A stretch of DNA of 64,000 nt. Origin: Eledone cirrhosa (Eukaryota). Both the position numbers and the translations under genes were made by a program. The notes under the pieces were generated by a model, which was not told the DNA's origin, ran no database searches, and worked only from the letters and a program-made list of their open reading frames with translations. Below are positions 15,701 through 30,700 of the stretch, piece by piece; the first letter of the stretch is position 1; every line of letters starts with the position of its first letter. The stretch is taken from positions 78,802,001 through 78,866,000 of the forward strand of contig OZ024742.1 of NCBI GenBank assembly GCA_964016885.1, written 5' to 3'.

Positions 15701-18700
15701 TCACACACACTCCCACAGCACATTACCATACACCCCATCTAGCCAACACTAACTCTACCTGTCTCTCTCTCACACACTCCCACAGCACATTACCATACAC
15801 CCCATCTAGCCAACACTAACTCTACCTGTCTCTCTCACACACACTCCCACAGCACATGACCATACACCCCATCTAGCCAACACTAACTCTACCTGTCTCT
15901 CTCACACACACTCCCACAGCACATTACCATACACCCCATCTAGCCAACACTAACTCTACCTGTCTCTCCCTCTCTCACACACTCCCACAGCACATTACCA
16001 TACACCCCATCTAGCCAACACTAACTCTACCTGTCTCTCTCACACACACTCCCACAGCACATTACCATACACCCCATCTAGCCAACACTAACTCTACCTG
16101 TCTCTCTCACACACACTCCCACAGCACATTACCATACACCCCATCTAGCCAACACTAACTCTACCTGTCTCTCTCACACACTCCCACAGCACATGACCAT
16201 ACACCCCATCTAGCCAACACTAACTCTACCTGTCTCTCTCTCTCACACTCCCACAGCATATGACCATACACCCCGTCTAGCCAACACTAACTCTACCTGT
16301 CTCTCTCACACACTCCCACAGCACATGACCATACACCCCATCTAGCCAACACTAACTCTACCTGTCTCTCTCTCACACACTCCCACAGCATATGACCATA
16401 CACCCCATCTAGCCAACACTAACTCTACCTGTCTCTCTCTCACACACTCCCACAGCACATTACCATACACCCCATCTAGCCAACACTAACTCTACCTGTC
16501 TCTCCCTCTCTCACACACTCCCACAGCACATTACCATACACCCCATCTAGCCAACACTAACTCTACCTGTCTCTCTCACACACACTCCCACAGCACATTA
16601 CCATACACCCCATCTAGCCAACACTAACTCTACCTGTCTCTCCCTCTCTCACACACTCCCACAGCACATTACCATACACCCCATCTAGCCAACACTAACT
16701 CTACCTGTCTCTCTCACACACACTCCCACAGCACATTACCATACACCCCATCTAGCCAACACTAACTCTACCTGTCTCTCCTCTCTCACACACTCCCACA
16801 GCACATTACCATACACCCCATCTAGCCAACACTAACTCTACCTGTCTCTCTCTCACACACTCCCACAGCACATTACCATACACCCCATCTAGCCAACACT
16901 AACTCTACCTGTCTCTCTCACACACACTCCCACAGCACATGACCATACACCCCATCTAGCCAACACTAACTCTACCTGTCTCTCTCTCACACACTCCCAC
17001 AGCACATGACCATACACCCCATCTAGCCAACACTAACTCTACCTGTCTCTCTCTCACACACTCCCACAGCACATTACCATACACCCCATCTAGCCAACAC
17101 TAACTCTACCTGTCTCTCTCACACACTCCCACAGCACATTACCATACACCCCATCAAGCCAACACTAACTCTACCTGTCTCTCTCTCACACACTCCCACA
17201 GCACATTACCATACACCCCATCTAGCCAACACTAACTCTACCTGTCTCCTCTCTCACACACTCCCACAGCACATTACCATACACCCCATCTAGCTAACAC
17301 TAACTCTACCTGTCTCTCTCACACACACTCCCACAGCACATTACCATACACCCCATCTAGCCAACACTAACTCTACCTGTCTCTCTCACACACACTCCCA
17401 CAGCACATTACCATACACCCCATCTAGCTAACACTAACTCTACCTGTCTCTCTCACACACACTCCCACAGCACATTACCATACACCCCATCTAGCCAACA
17501 CTAACTCTACCTGTCTCTCTCACACACACTCCCACAGCACATTACCATACACCCCATCTAGCTAACACTAACTCTACCTGTCTCTCTCTCACACACACTC
17601 CCACAGCACATTACCATACACCCCATCTAGCCAACACTAACTCTACCTGTCTCTCTCTCACACACTCCCACAGCACATTACCATACACCCCATCTAGCCA
17701 ACACTAACTCTACCTGTCTCTCTCTCACACACTCCCACAGCACATTACCATACACCCCATCTAGCCAACACTAACTCTACCTGTCTCTCTCTCTCACTCC
17801 CACAGCACATGACCATACACCCCATCTAGCCAACACTAACTCTACCTGTCTCTCTCACACACACTCCCACAGCACATGACCATACACCCCATCTAGCTAA
17901 CACTAACTCTACCTGTCTCTCTCACACACACTCCCACAGCACATGACCATACACCCCATCTAGCCAACACTAACTCTACCTGTCTCTCTCACACACACTC
18001 CCACAGCACATGACCATACACCCCATCTAGCCAACACTAACTCTACCTGTCTCTCTCTCACACACTCCCACAGCACATTACCATACACCCCATCTAGCCA
18101 ACACTAACTCTACCTGTCTCTCCCTCTCTCACACACTCCCACAGCACATTACCATACACCCCATCTAGCCAACACTAACTCTACCTGTCTCTCTCTCACT
18201 CCCACAGCACATGACCATACACCCCATCTAGCCAACACTAACTCTACCTGTCTCTCTCACACACACTCCCACAGCACATTACCATACACCCCATCTAGCC
18301 AACACTAACTCTACCTGTCTCTCTCTCACACACACTCCCACAGCACATTACCATACACCCCATCTAGCCAACACTAACTCTACCTGTCTCTCTCTCTCAC
18401 ACTCCCACAGCACATGACCATACACCCCATCTAGCCAACACTAACTCTACCTGTCTCTCTCTCACACACACTCCCACAGCACATTACCATACACCCCATC
18501 TAGCCAACACTAACTCTACCCGTCTCTCTCTCACTCCCACAGCACATGACCATACACCCCATCTAGCCAACACTAACTCTACCTGTCTCTCCCTCTCTCA
18601 CACACTCCCACAGCACATTACCATACACCCCATCTAGCCAACACTAACTCTACCTGTCTCTCCCTCTCTCACACACTCCCACAGCACATTACCATACACC

Positions 18701-21700
18701 CCATCTAGCCAACACTAACTCTACCCGTCTCTCTCTCACTCCCACAGCACATGACCATACACCCCATCTAGCCAACACTAACTCTACCTGTCTCTCCCTC
18801 TCTCACACACTCCCACAGCACATTACCATACACCCCATCTAGCCAACACTAACTCTACCTGTCTCTCTCACACACACTCCCACAGCACATTACCATACAC
18901 CCCATCTAGCCAACACTAACTCTACCTGTCTCTCTCTCTCACACACTCCCACAGCACATGACCATACACCCCATCTAGCCAACACTAACTCTACCTGTCT
19001 CTCTCTCACACACTCCCACAGCACATGACCATACACCCCATCTAGCCAACACTAACTCTACCTGTCTCTCTCTCACTCCCACAGCACATGACCATACACC
19101 CCATCTAGCCAACACTAACTCTACCTGTCTCTCCCTCTCACACACACTCCCACAGCAAATGACCATACACCCCATCTAGCCAACACTAACTCTACCTGTC
19201 TCTCCCTCTCTCACACACTCCCACAGCACATGACCATACACCCCATCTAGCCAACACTAACTCTACCTGTCTCTCTCACACACACTCCCACAGCACATTA
19301 CCATACACCCCATCTAGCCAACACTAACTCTACCTGTCTCTCTCTCTCACACACTCCCACAGCACATGACCATACACCCCATCTAGCCAACACTAACTCT
19401 ACCTGTCTCTCCTCTCTCACACACTCCCACAGCACATGACCATACACCCCATCTAGCCAACACTAACTCTACCTGTCTCTCTCACACACACTCCCACAGC
19501 ACATTACCATACACCCCATCTAGCCAACACTAACTCTACCTGTCTCTCTCTCTCACACACTCCCACAGCACATGACCATACACCCCATCTAGCTAACACT
19601 AACTCTACCCGTCTCTCTCTCACTCCCACAGCACATGACCATACACCCCATCTAGCCAACACTAACTCTACCTGTCTCTCTCTCACACACTCCCACAGCA
19701 CATTACCATACACCCCATCTAGCCAACACTAACTCTACCTGTCTCTCTCTCACACACTCCCACAGCACATTACCATACACCCCATCTAGCCAACACTAAC
19801 TCTACCTGTCTCTCCCTCTCTCACACACTCCCACAGCACATGACCATACACCCCATCTAGCCAACACTAACTCTACCTGTCTCTCTCACACACACTCCCA
19901 CAGCACATGACCATACACCCCGTCTAGCCAACACTAACTCTACCTGTCTCTCTCACACACACTCCCACAGCACATGACCATACACCCCATCTAGCCAACA
20001 CTAACTCTACCTGTCTCTCTCACACACACTCCCACAGCACATGACCATACACCCCATCTAGCCAACACTAACTCTACCTGTCTCTCCCTCTCTCACACAC
20101 TCCCACAGCACATGACCATACACCCCATCTAGCTAACACTAACTCTACCTGTCTCTCTCACACACACTCCCACAGCACATTACCATACACCGCATCTAGC
20201 TAACACTAACTCTACCTGTCTCTCTCTCACACACTCCCACAGCACATTACCATACACCCCATCTAGCCAACACTAACTCTACCTGTCTCTCTCTCACACA
20301 CTCCCACAGCACATTACCATACACCCCATCTAGCCAACACTAACTCTACCTGTCTCTCTCTCACACACTCCCACAGCACATTACCATACACCCCATCTAG
20401 CCAACACTAACTCTACCTGTCTCTCTCTCACACACTCCCACAGCACATTACCATACACCCCATCTAGCCAACACTAACTCTACCTGTCTCTCCTCTCTCA
20501 CACACTCCCACAGCACATGACCATACACCCCATCTAGCCAACACTAACTCTACCTGTCTCTCTCACACACACTCCCACAGCACATGACCATACACCCCAT
20601 CTAGCCAACACTAACTCTACCTGTCTCTCTCACACACACTCCCACAGCACATGACCATACACCCCATCTAGCCAACACTAACTCTACCTGTCTCTCTCAC
20701 ACACACTCCCACAGCACATGACCATACACCCCATCTAGCCAACACTAACTCTACCTGTCTCTCCCTCTCTCACACACTCCCACAGCACATGACCATACAC
20801 CCCATCTAGCCAACACTAACTCTACCTGTCTCTCCCTCTCTCACACACTCCCACAGCACATGACCATACACCCCATCTAGCCAACACTAACTCTACCTGT
20901 CTCTCTCACACACACTCCCACAGCACATGACCATACACCCCGTCTAGCCAACACTAACTCTACCTGTCTCTCTCACACACACTCCCACAGCACATGACCA
21001 TACACCCCATCTAGCCAACACTAACTCTACCTGTCTCTCTCACACACACTCCCACAGCACATGACCATACACCCCATCTAGCCAACACTAACTCTACCTG
21101 TCTCTCCCTCTCTCACACACTCCCACAGCACATGACCATACACCCCATCTAGCAACACTAACTCTACCTGTCTCTCTCACACACACTCCCACAGCACATT
21201 ACCATACACCGCATCTAGCTAACACTAACTCTACCTGTCTCTCTCTCACACACTCCCACAGCACATTACCATACACCCCATCTAGCCAACACTAACTCTA
21301 CCTGTCTCTCTCTCACACACTCCCACAGCACATTACCATACACCCCATCTAGCCAACACTAACTCTACCTGTCTCTCTCTCACACACTCCCACAGCACAT
21401 TACCATACACCCCATCTAGCCAACACTAACTCTACCTGTCTCTCTCTCACACACTCCCACAGCACATTACCATACACCCCATCTAGCCAACACTAACTCT
21501 ACCTGTCTCTCTCTCACACACTCCCACAGCACATTACCATACACCCCATCTAGCCAACACTAACTCTACCTGTCTCTCTCTCACACACTCCCACAGCACA
21601 TGACCATACACCCCATCTAGCCAACACTAACTCTACCTGTCTCTCTCTCACACACTCCCACAGCACATTACCATACACCCCATCTAGCCAACACTAACTC

Positions 21701-24700
21701 TACCTGTCTCTCTCTCACACACTCCCACAGCACATTACCATACACCCCATCTAGCCAACACTAACTCTACCTGTCTCTCTCTCACACACTCCCACAGCAC
21801 ATGACCATACACCCCATCTAGCCAACACTAACTCTACCTGTCTCTCTCTCACACACTCCCACAGCACATGACCATACACCCCATCTAGCCAACACTAACT
21901 CTACCTGTCTCTCTCTCACACACTCCCACAGCACATTACCATACACCCCATCTAGCCAACACTAACTCTACCTGTCTCTCTCTCACACACTCCCACAGCA
22001 CATGACCATACACCCCATCTAGCCAACACTAACTCTACCTGTCTCTCTCTCACACACTCCCACAGCACATGACCATACACCCCATCTAGCCAACACTAAC
22101 TCTACCTGTCTCTCTCTCTCACACTCCCACAGCACATTACCATACACCCCATCTAGCCAACACTAACTCTACCTGTCTCTCTCACACACACTCCCACAGC
22201 ACATTACCATACACCCCATCTAGCCAACACTAACTCTACCTGTCTCTCCCTCTCTCACACACTCCCACAGCACATGACCATACACCCCATCTAGCCAACA
22301 CTAACTCTACCTGTCTCTCTCACACACACTCCCACAGCACATGACCATACACCCCATCTAGCCAACACTAACTCTACCTGTCTCTCTCACACACACTCCC
22401 ACAGCACATGACCATACACCCCATCTAGCCAACACTAACTCTACCTGTCTCTCCTCTCTCACACACTCCCACAGCACATGACCATACACCCCATCTAGCC
22501 AACACTAACTCTACCTGTCTCTCCTCTCACACACAATCCCACAGCACATTACCATACACCCCATCTAGCCAACACTAACTCTACCTGTCTCTCTCACACA
22601 CTCCCACAGCACATGACCATACACCCCATCTAGCCAACACTAACTCTACCTGTCTCTCCTCTCACACACACTCCCACAGCACATTACCATACACCCCATC
22701 TAGCCAACACTAACTCTACCTGTCTCTCCCTCTCTCACACACTCCCACAGCACATGACCATACACCCCATCTAGCCAACACTAACTCTACCTGTCTCTCT
22801 CACACACACTCCCACAGCACATGACCATACACCCCATCTAGCCAACACTAACTCTACCTGTCTCTCTCACACACACTCCCACAGCACATGACCATACACC
22901 CCATCTAGCCAACACTAACTCTACCTGTCTCTCCCTCTCTCACACACTCCCACAGCACATGACCATACACCCCATCTAGCCAACACTAACTCTACCTGTC
23001 TCTCTCACACACACTCCCACAGCACATTACCATACACCCCATCTAGCCAACACTAACTCTACCTGTCTCTCTCACACACACTCCCACAGCACATGACCAT
23101 ACACCCCATCTAGCCAACACTAACTCTACCTGTCTCTCTCTCACACACTCCCACAGCACATGACCATACACTCCATCTAGCCAACACTAACTCTACCTGT
23201 CTCTCTCACACACACTCCCACAGCACATGACCATACACCCCATCTAGCCAACACTAACTCTACCTGTCTCTCACACACTCCCACAGCACATGACCATACA
23301 CCCCATCTAGCCAACACTAACTCTACCTGTCTCTCTCACACACACTCCCACAGCACATTACCATACACCGCATCTAGCCAACACTAACTCTACCTGTCTC
23401 TCTCACACACACTCCCACAGCACATGACCATACACCCCATCTAGCCAACACTAACTCTACCTGTCTCTCTCTCTCACACTCCCACAGCACATTACCATAC
23501 ACCCCATCTAGCCAACACTAACTCTACCTGTCTCTCTCTCTCACACTCCCACAGCACATGACCATACACCCCATCTAGCCAACACTAACTCTACCTGTCT
23601 CTCCCTCTCTCACACACTCCCACAGCACATTACCATACACCCCATCTAGCCAACATTAACTCTACCTGTCTCTCTCTCTCACACTCCCACAGCACATTAC
23701 CATACACCCCATCTAGCCAACACTAACTCTACCTGTCTCTCTCACACACACTCCCACAGCACATTACCATACACCCCATCTAGCCAACATTAACTCTACC
23801 TGTCTCTCTCTCACACACTCCCACAGCACATGACCATACACCCCATCTAGCCAACACTAACTCTACCTGTCTCTCTCACACACACTCCCACAGCACATTA
23901 CCATACACCCCATCTAGCCAACATTAACTCTACCTGTCTCTCTCTCACACACTCCCACAGCACATGACCATACACCCCATCTAGCCAACACTAACTCTAC
24001 CTGTCTCTCTCTCACACACTCCCACAGCACATGACCATACACCCCATCTAGCCAACACTAACTCTACCTGTCTCTCCCTCTCTCACACACTCCCACAGCA
24101 CATTACCATACACCCCATCTAGCCAACACTAACTCTACCTGTCTCTCTCTCTCACACTCCCACAGCACATGACCATACACCCCATCTAGCCAACACTAAC
24201 TCTACCTGTCTCTCCCTCTCTCACACACTCCCACAGCACATGACCATACACCCCATCTAGCCAACACTAACTCTACCTGTCTCTCTCTCACACACTCCCA
24301 CAGCACATGACCATACACCCCATCTAGCCAACACTAACTCTACCTGTCTCTCACTCACACACTCCCACAGCACATGACCATACACCCCATCTAGCCAACA
24401 CTAACTCTACCTGTCTCTCTCTCACACACTCCCACAGCACATGACCATACACCCCATCTAGCCAACACTAACTCTACCTGTCTCTCTCTCACACACTCCC
24501 ACAGCACATGACCATACACCCCATCTAGCCAACACTAACTCTACCTGTCTCTCTCTCACACACTCCCACAGCACATGACCATACACCCCATCTAGCCAAC
24601 ACTAACTCTACCTGTCTCTCCCTCTCTCACACACTCCCACAGCACATGACCATACACCCCATCTAGCCAACACTAACTCTACCTGTCTCTCTCTCACACA

Positions 24701-27700
24701 CTCCCACAGCACATTACCATACACCCCATCTAGCCAACACTAACTCTACCTGTCTCTCTCTCTCACACTCCCACAGCACATGACCATACACCCCATCTAG
24801 CCAACACTAACTCTACCTGTCTCTCCCTCTCTCACACACTCCCACAGCACATTACCATACACCCCATCTAGCCAACATTAACTCTACCTGTCTCTCTCTC
24901 TCACACTCCCACAGCACATTACCATACACCCCATCTAGCCAACACTAACTCTACCTGTCTCTCTCACACACACTCCCACAGCACATTACCATACACCCCA
25001 TCTAGCCAACATTAACTCTACCTGTCTCTCTCTCACACACTCCCACAGCACATGACCATACACCCCATCTAGCCAACACTAACTCTACCTGTCTCTCTCA
25101 CACACACTCCCACAGCACATTACCATACACCCCATCTAGCCAACATTAACTCTACCTGTCTCTCTCTCACACACTCCCACAGCACATGACCATACACCCC
25201 ATCTAGCCAACACTAACTCTACCTGTCTCTCTCTCACACACTCCCACAGCACATGACCATACACCCCATCTAGCCAACACTAACTCTACCTGTCTCTCCC
25301 TCTCTCACACACTCCCACAGCACATTACCATACACCCCATCTAGCCAACACTAACTCTACCTGTCTCTCTCTCTCACACTCCCACAGCACATGACCATAC
25401 ACCCCATCTAGCCAACACTAACTCTACCTGTCTCTCCCTCTCTCACACACTCCCACAGCACATGACCATACACCCCATCTAGCCAACACTAACTCTACCT
25501 GTCTCTCTCTCACACACTCCCACAGCACATGACCATACACCCCATCTAGCCAACACTAACTCTACCTGTCTCTCACTCACACACTCCCACAGCACATGAC
25601 CATACACCCCATCTAGCCAACACTAACTCTACCTGTCTCTCTCTCACACACTCCCACAGCACATGACCATACACCCCATCTAGCCAACACTAACTCTACC
25701 TGTCTCTCTCTCACACACTCCCACAGCACATGACCATACACCCCATCTAGCCAACACTAACTCTACCTGTCTCTCTCTCACACACTCCCACAGCACATGA
25801 CCATACACCCCATCTAGCCAACACTAACTCTACCTGTCTCTCCCTCTCTCACACACTCCCACAGCACATGACCATACACCCCATCTAGCCAACACTAACT
25901 CTACCTGTCTCTCTCTCACACACTCCCACAGCACATTACCATACACCCCATCTAGCCAACACTAACTCTACCTGTCTCTCTCTCTCACACTCCCACAGCA
26001 CATGACCATACACCCCATCTAGCCAACATTAACTCTACCTGTCTCTCTCTCTCACACTCCCACAGCACATTACCATACACCCCATCTAGCCAACACTAAC
26101 TCTACCTGTCTCTCTCACACACACTCCCACAGCACATGACCATACACCCCATCTAGCCAACACTAACTCTACCTGTCTCTCTCACACACACTCCCACAGC
26201 ACATGACCATACACCCCATCTAGCCAACATTAACTCTACCTGTCTCTCTCTCTCACACTCCCACAGCACATTACCATACACCCCATCTAGCCAACACTAA
26301 CTCTACCTGTCTCTCTCTCTCACACTCCCACAGCACATTACCATACACCCCATCTAGCCAACACTAACTCTACCTGTCTCTCTCTCACACACTCCCACAG
26401 CACATGACCATACACCCCATCTAGCCAACACTAACTCTACCTGTCTCTCTCACACACACTCCCACAGCACATGACCATACACCCCATCTAGCCAACACTA
26501 ACTCTACCTGTCTCTCCCTCTCTCTCTCACTCCCACAGCACATTACCATACACCCCATCTAGCCAACACTAACTCTACCTGTCTCTCTCTCACACACTCC
26601 CACAGCACATGACCATACACCCCATCTAGCCAACACTAACTCTACCTGTCTCTCTCACACACACTCCCACAGCACATGACCATACACCCCATCTAGCCAA
26701 CACTAACTCTACCTGTCTCTCCCTCTCTCTCTCACTCCCACAGCACATGACCATACACCCCATCTAGCCAACACTAACTCTACCTGTCTCTCTCTCACAC
26801 ACTCCCACAGCACATGACCATACACCCCATCTAGCCAACACTAACTCTACCTGTCTCTCTCACACACACTCCCACAGCACATGACCATACACCCCATCTA
26901 GCCAACACTAACTCTACCTGTCTCTCCCTCTCTCTCACACTCCCACAGCACATTACCATACACCCCATCTAGCCAACACTAACTCTACCTGTCTCTCTCT
27001 CACACACTCCCACAGCACATTACCATACACCCCATCTAGCCAACACTAACTCTACCTGTCTCTCTCTCTCACTCCCACAGCACATTACCATACACCCCAT
27101 CTAGCCAACACTAACTCTACCTGTCTCTCTCTCTCACACTCCCACAGCACATGACCATACACCCCATCTAGCCAACACTAACTCTACCTGTCTCTCTCAC
27201 ACACTCCCACAGCACATTACCATACACCCCATCTAGCCAACACTAACTCTACCTGTCTCTCCCTCTCTCACACACTCCCACAGCACATTACCATACACCC
27301 CATCTAGCCAACACTAACTCTACCTGTCTCTCTCACACACTCCCACAGCACATGACCATACACCCCATCTAGCCAACACTAACTCTACCTGTCTCTCTCA
27401 CACACACTCCCACAGCACATGACCATACACCCCATCTAGCCAACACTAACTCTACCTGTCTCTCCCTCTCTCTCACACTCCCACAGCACATTACCATACA
27501 CCCCATCTAGCCAACACTAACTCTACCTGTCTCTCTCACACACACTCCCACAGCACATGACCATACACCCCATCTAGCCAACACTAACTCTACCTGTCTC
27601 TCCCTCTCTCTCTCACTCCCACAGCACATGACATACACCCCATCTAGCCAACACTAACTCTACCTGTCTCTCCCTCTCTCTCACACTCCCACAGCACATT

Positions 27701-30700
27701 ACCATACACCCCATCTAGCCAACACTAACTCTACCTGTCTCTCTCACACACACTCCCACAGCACATGACCATACACCCCATCTAGCCAACACTAACTCTA
27801 CCTGTCTCTCCCTCTCTCTCACACTCCCACAGCACATTACCATACACCCCATCTAGCCAACACTAACTCTACTTGTCTCTCTCTCTCACACTCCCACAGC
27901 ACATGACCATACACCCCATCTAGCCAACACTAACTCTACCTGTCTCTCCCTCTCTCTCTCACTCCCACAGCACATGACCATACACCCCATCTAGCCAACA
28001 CTAACTCTACCTGTCTCTCCCTCTCTCTCACACTCCCACAGCACATGACCATACACCCCATCTAGCCAACACTAACTCTACCTGTCTCTCCCTCTCTCTC
28101 ACACTCCCACAGCACATTACCATACACCCCATCTAGCCAACACTAACTCTACCTGTCTCTCCCTCTCTCTCACACTCCCACAGCACATTACCATACACCC
28201 CATCTAGCCAACACTAACTCTACCTGTCTCTCCCTCTCTCTCACACTCCCACAGCACATTACCATACACCCCATCTAGCCAACACTAACTCTACCTGTCT
28301 CTCCCTCTCTCTCACACTCCCAGAGCACATTACCATACACCCCATCTAGCCAACACTAACTCTACCTGTCTCTCTCTCACACACTCCCACAGCACATTAC
28401 CATACACCCCATCTAGCCAACACTAACTCTACCTGTCTCTCTCTCTCACACTCCCACAGCACATGACCATACACCCCATCTAGCCAACACTAACTCTACC
28501 TGTCTCTCTCTCTCACACTCCCACAGCACATTACCATACACCCATCTAGCCAACACTAACTCTACCTGTCTCTCTCACACACACTCCCACAGCACATGAC
28601 CATACACCCCATCTAGCCAACACTAACTCTACCTGTCTCTCTCTCTCTCACACACTCCCACAGCACATGACCATACACCCCATCTAGCCAACACTAACTC
28701 TACCTGTCTCTCTCTCTCACACTCCCACAGCACATTACCATACACCCCATCTAGCCAACACTAACTCTACCTGTCTCTCTCACACACACTCCCACAGCAC
28801 ATGACCATACACCCCATCTAGCCAACACTAACTCTACCTGTCTCTCTCTCTCACACTCCCACAGCACATTACCATACACCCCATCTAGCCAACACTAACT
28901 CTACCTGTCTCTCTCACACACACTCCACAGCACATGACACCATACACCCCATCTAGCCAACACTAACTCTACCTGTCTCTCTCTCTCTCACACACTCCCA
29001 CAGCACATGACCATACACCCCATCTAGCCAACACTAACTCTACCTGTCTCTCTCTCTCACACACTCCCACAGCACATTACCATACACCCCATCTAGCCAA
29101 CACTAACTCTACCTGTCTCTCCCTCTCTCTCACACTCCCACAGCACATGACCATACACCCCATCTAGCCAACACTAACTCTACCTGTCTCTCTCACACAC
29201 ACTCCCACAGCACATTACCATACACCGCATCTAGCCAACACTAACTCTACCTGTCTCTCTCACACACACTCCCACAGCACATGACCATACACCCCATCTA
29301 GCCAACACTAACTCTACCTGTCTCTCTCACACACACTCCCACAGCACATGACCATACACCCCATCTAGCCAACACTAACTCTACCTGTCTCTCTCACACA
29401 CACTCCCACAGCACATTACCATACACCGCATCTAGCCAACACTAACTCTACCTGTCTCTCTCACACACACTCCCACAGCACATTACCATACACCCCATCT
29501 AGCCAACACTAACTCTACCTGTCTCTCACACACTCCCACAGCACATGACCATACACCCCATCTAGCCAACACTAACTCTACCTGTCTCTCTCACACACAC
29601 TCCCACAGCACATGACCATACACCCCATCTAGCCAACACTAACTCTACCTGTCTCTCTCACACACACTCCCACAGCACATGACCATACACCCCATCTAGC
29701 CAACACTAACTCTACCTGTCTCTCTCACACACACTCCCACAGCACATTACCATACACCGCATCTAGCCAACACTAACTCTACCTGTCTCTCTCACACACA
29801 CTCCCACAGCACATTACCATACACCCCATCTAGCCAACACTAACTCTACCTGTCTCTCTCTCTCTCACACACTCCCACAGCACATGACCATACACCCCAT
29901 CTAGCCAACACTAACTCTACCTGTCTCTCTCTCTCTCACACACTCCCACAGCACATTACCATACACCCCATCTAGCCAACACTATCTCTACCTGTCCCTC
30001 TCTCACACACTCCCACAGCACATTACCATACACCCCATCTAGCCAACACTAACTCTACCTGTCTCTCTCTCTCTCACACACTCCCACAGCACATTACCAT
30101 ACACCCCATCTAGCCAACACTAACTCTACCTGTCTCTCTCACACACACTCCCACAGCACATTACCATACACCCCATCTAGCCAACACTAACTCTACCTGT
30201 CTCTCTCACACACACTCCCACAGCACATGACCATACACCCCATCTAGCCAACACTAACTCTACCTGTCTCTCTCTCTCTCACACACTCCCACAGCACATT
30301 ACCATACACCCCATCTAGCCAACACTAACTCTACCTGTCTCTCTCTCTCTCACACACTCCCACAGCACATTACCATACACCCCATCTAGCCAACACTAAC
30401 TCTACCTGTCTCTCTCACACACACTCCCACAGCACATTACCATACACCCCATCTAGCCAACACTAACTCTACCTGTCTCTCTCACACACACTCCCACAGC
30501 ACATGACCATACACCCCATCTAGCCAACACTAACTCTACCTGTCTCTCTCTCACACACTCCCACAGCACATGACCATACACCCCATCTAGCCAACACTAA
30601 CTCTACCTGTCTCTCTCACACACACTCCCACAGCACATTACCATACACCCCATCTAGCCAACACTAACTCTACCTGTCTCTCTCACACACACTCCCACAG

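Noticed and set aside
18975-19713. Minus-strand ORFs (RQVELVLARWGVWSCAVG repeats)
   Set aside because: Chance read-through of a few satellite units; unit lengths are mostly not multiples of 3 and stops recur in the units
9400-28960. Isolated small-indel monomers (e.g. ~9415, ~9831, ~21151, ~27631, ~28541, ~28925)
   Set aside because: Singletons typical of long-read consensus error; not treated as biological variants
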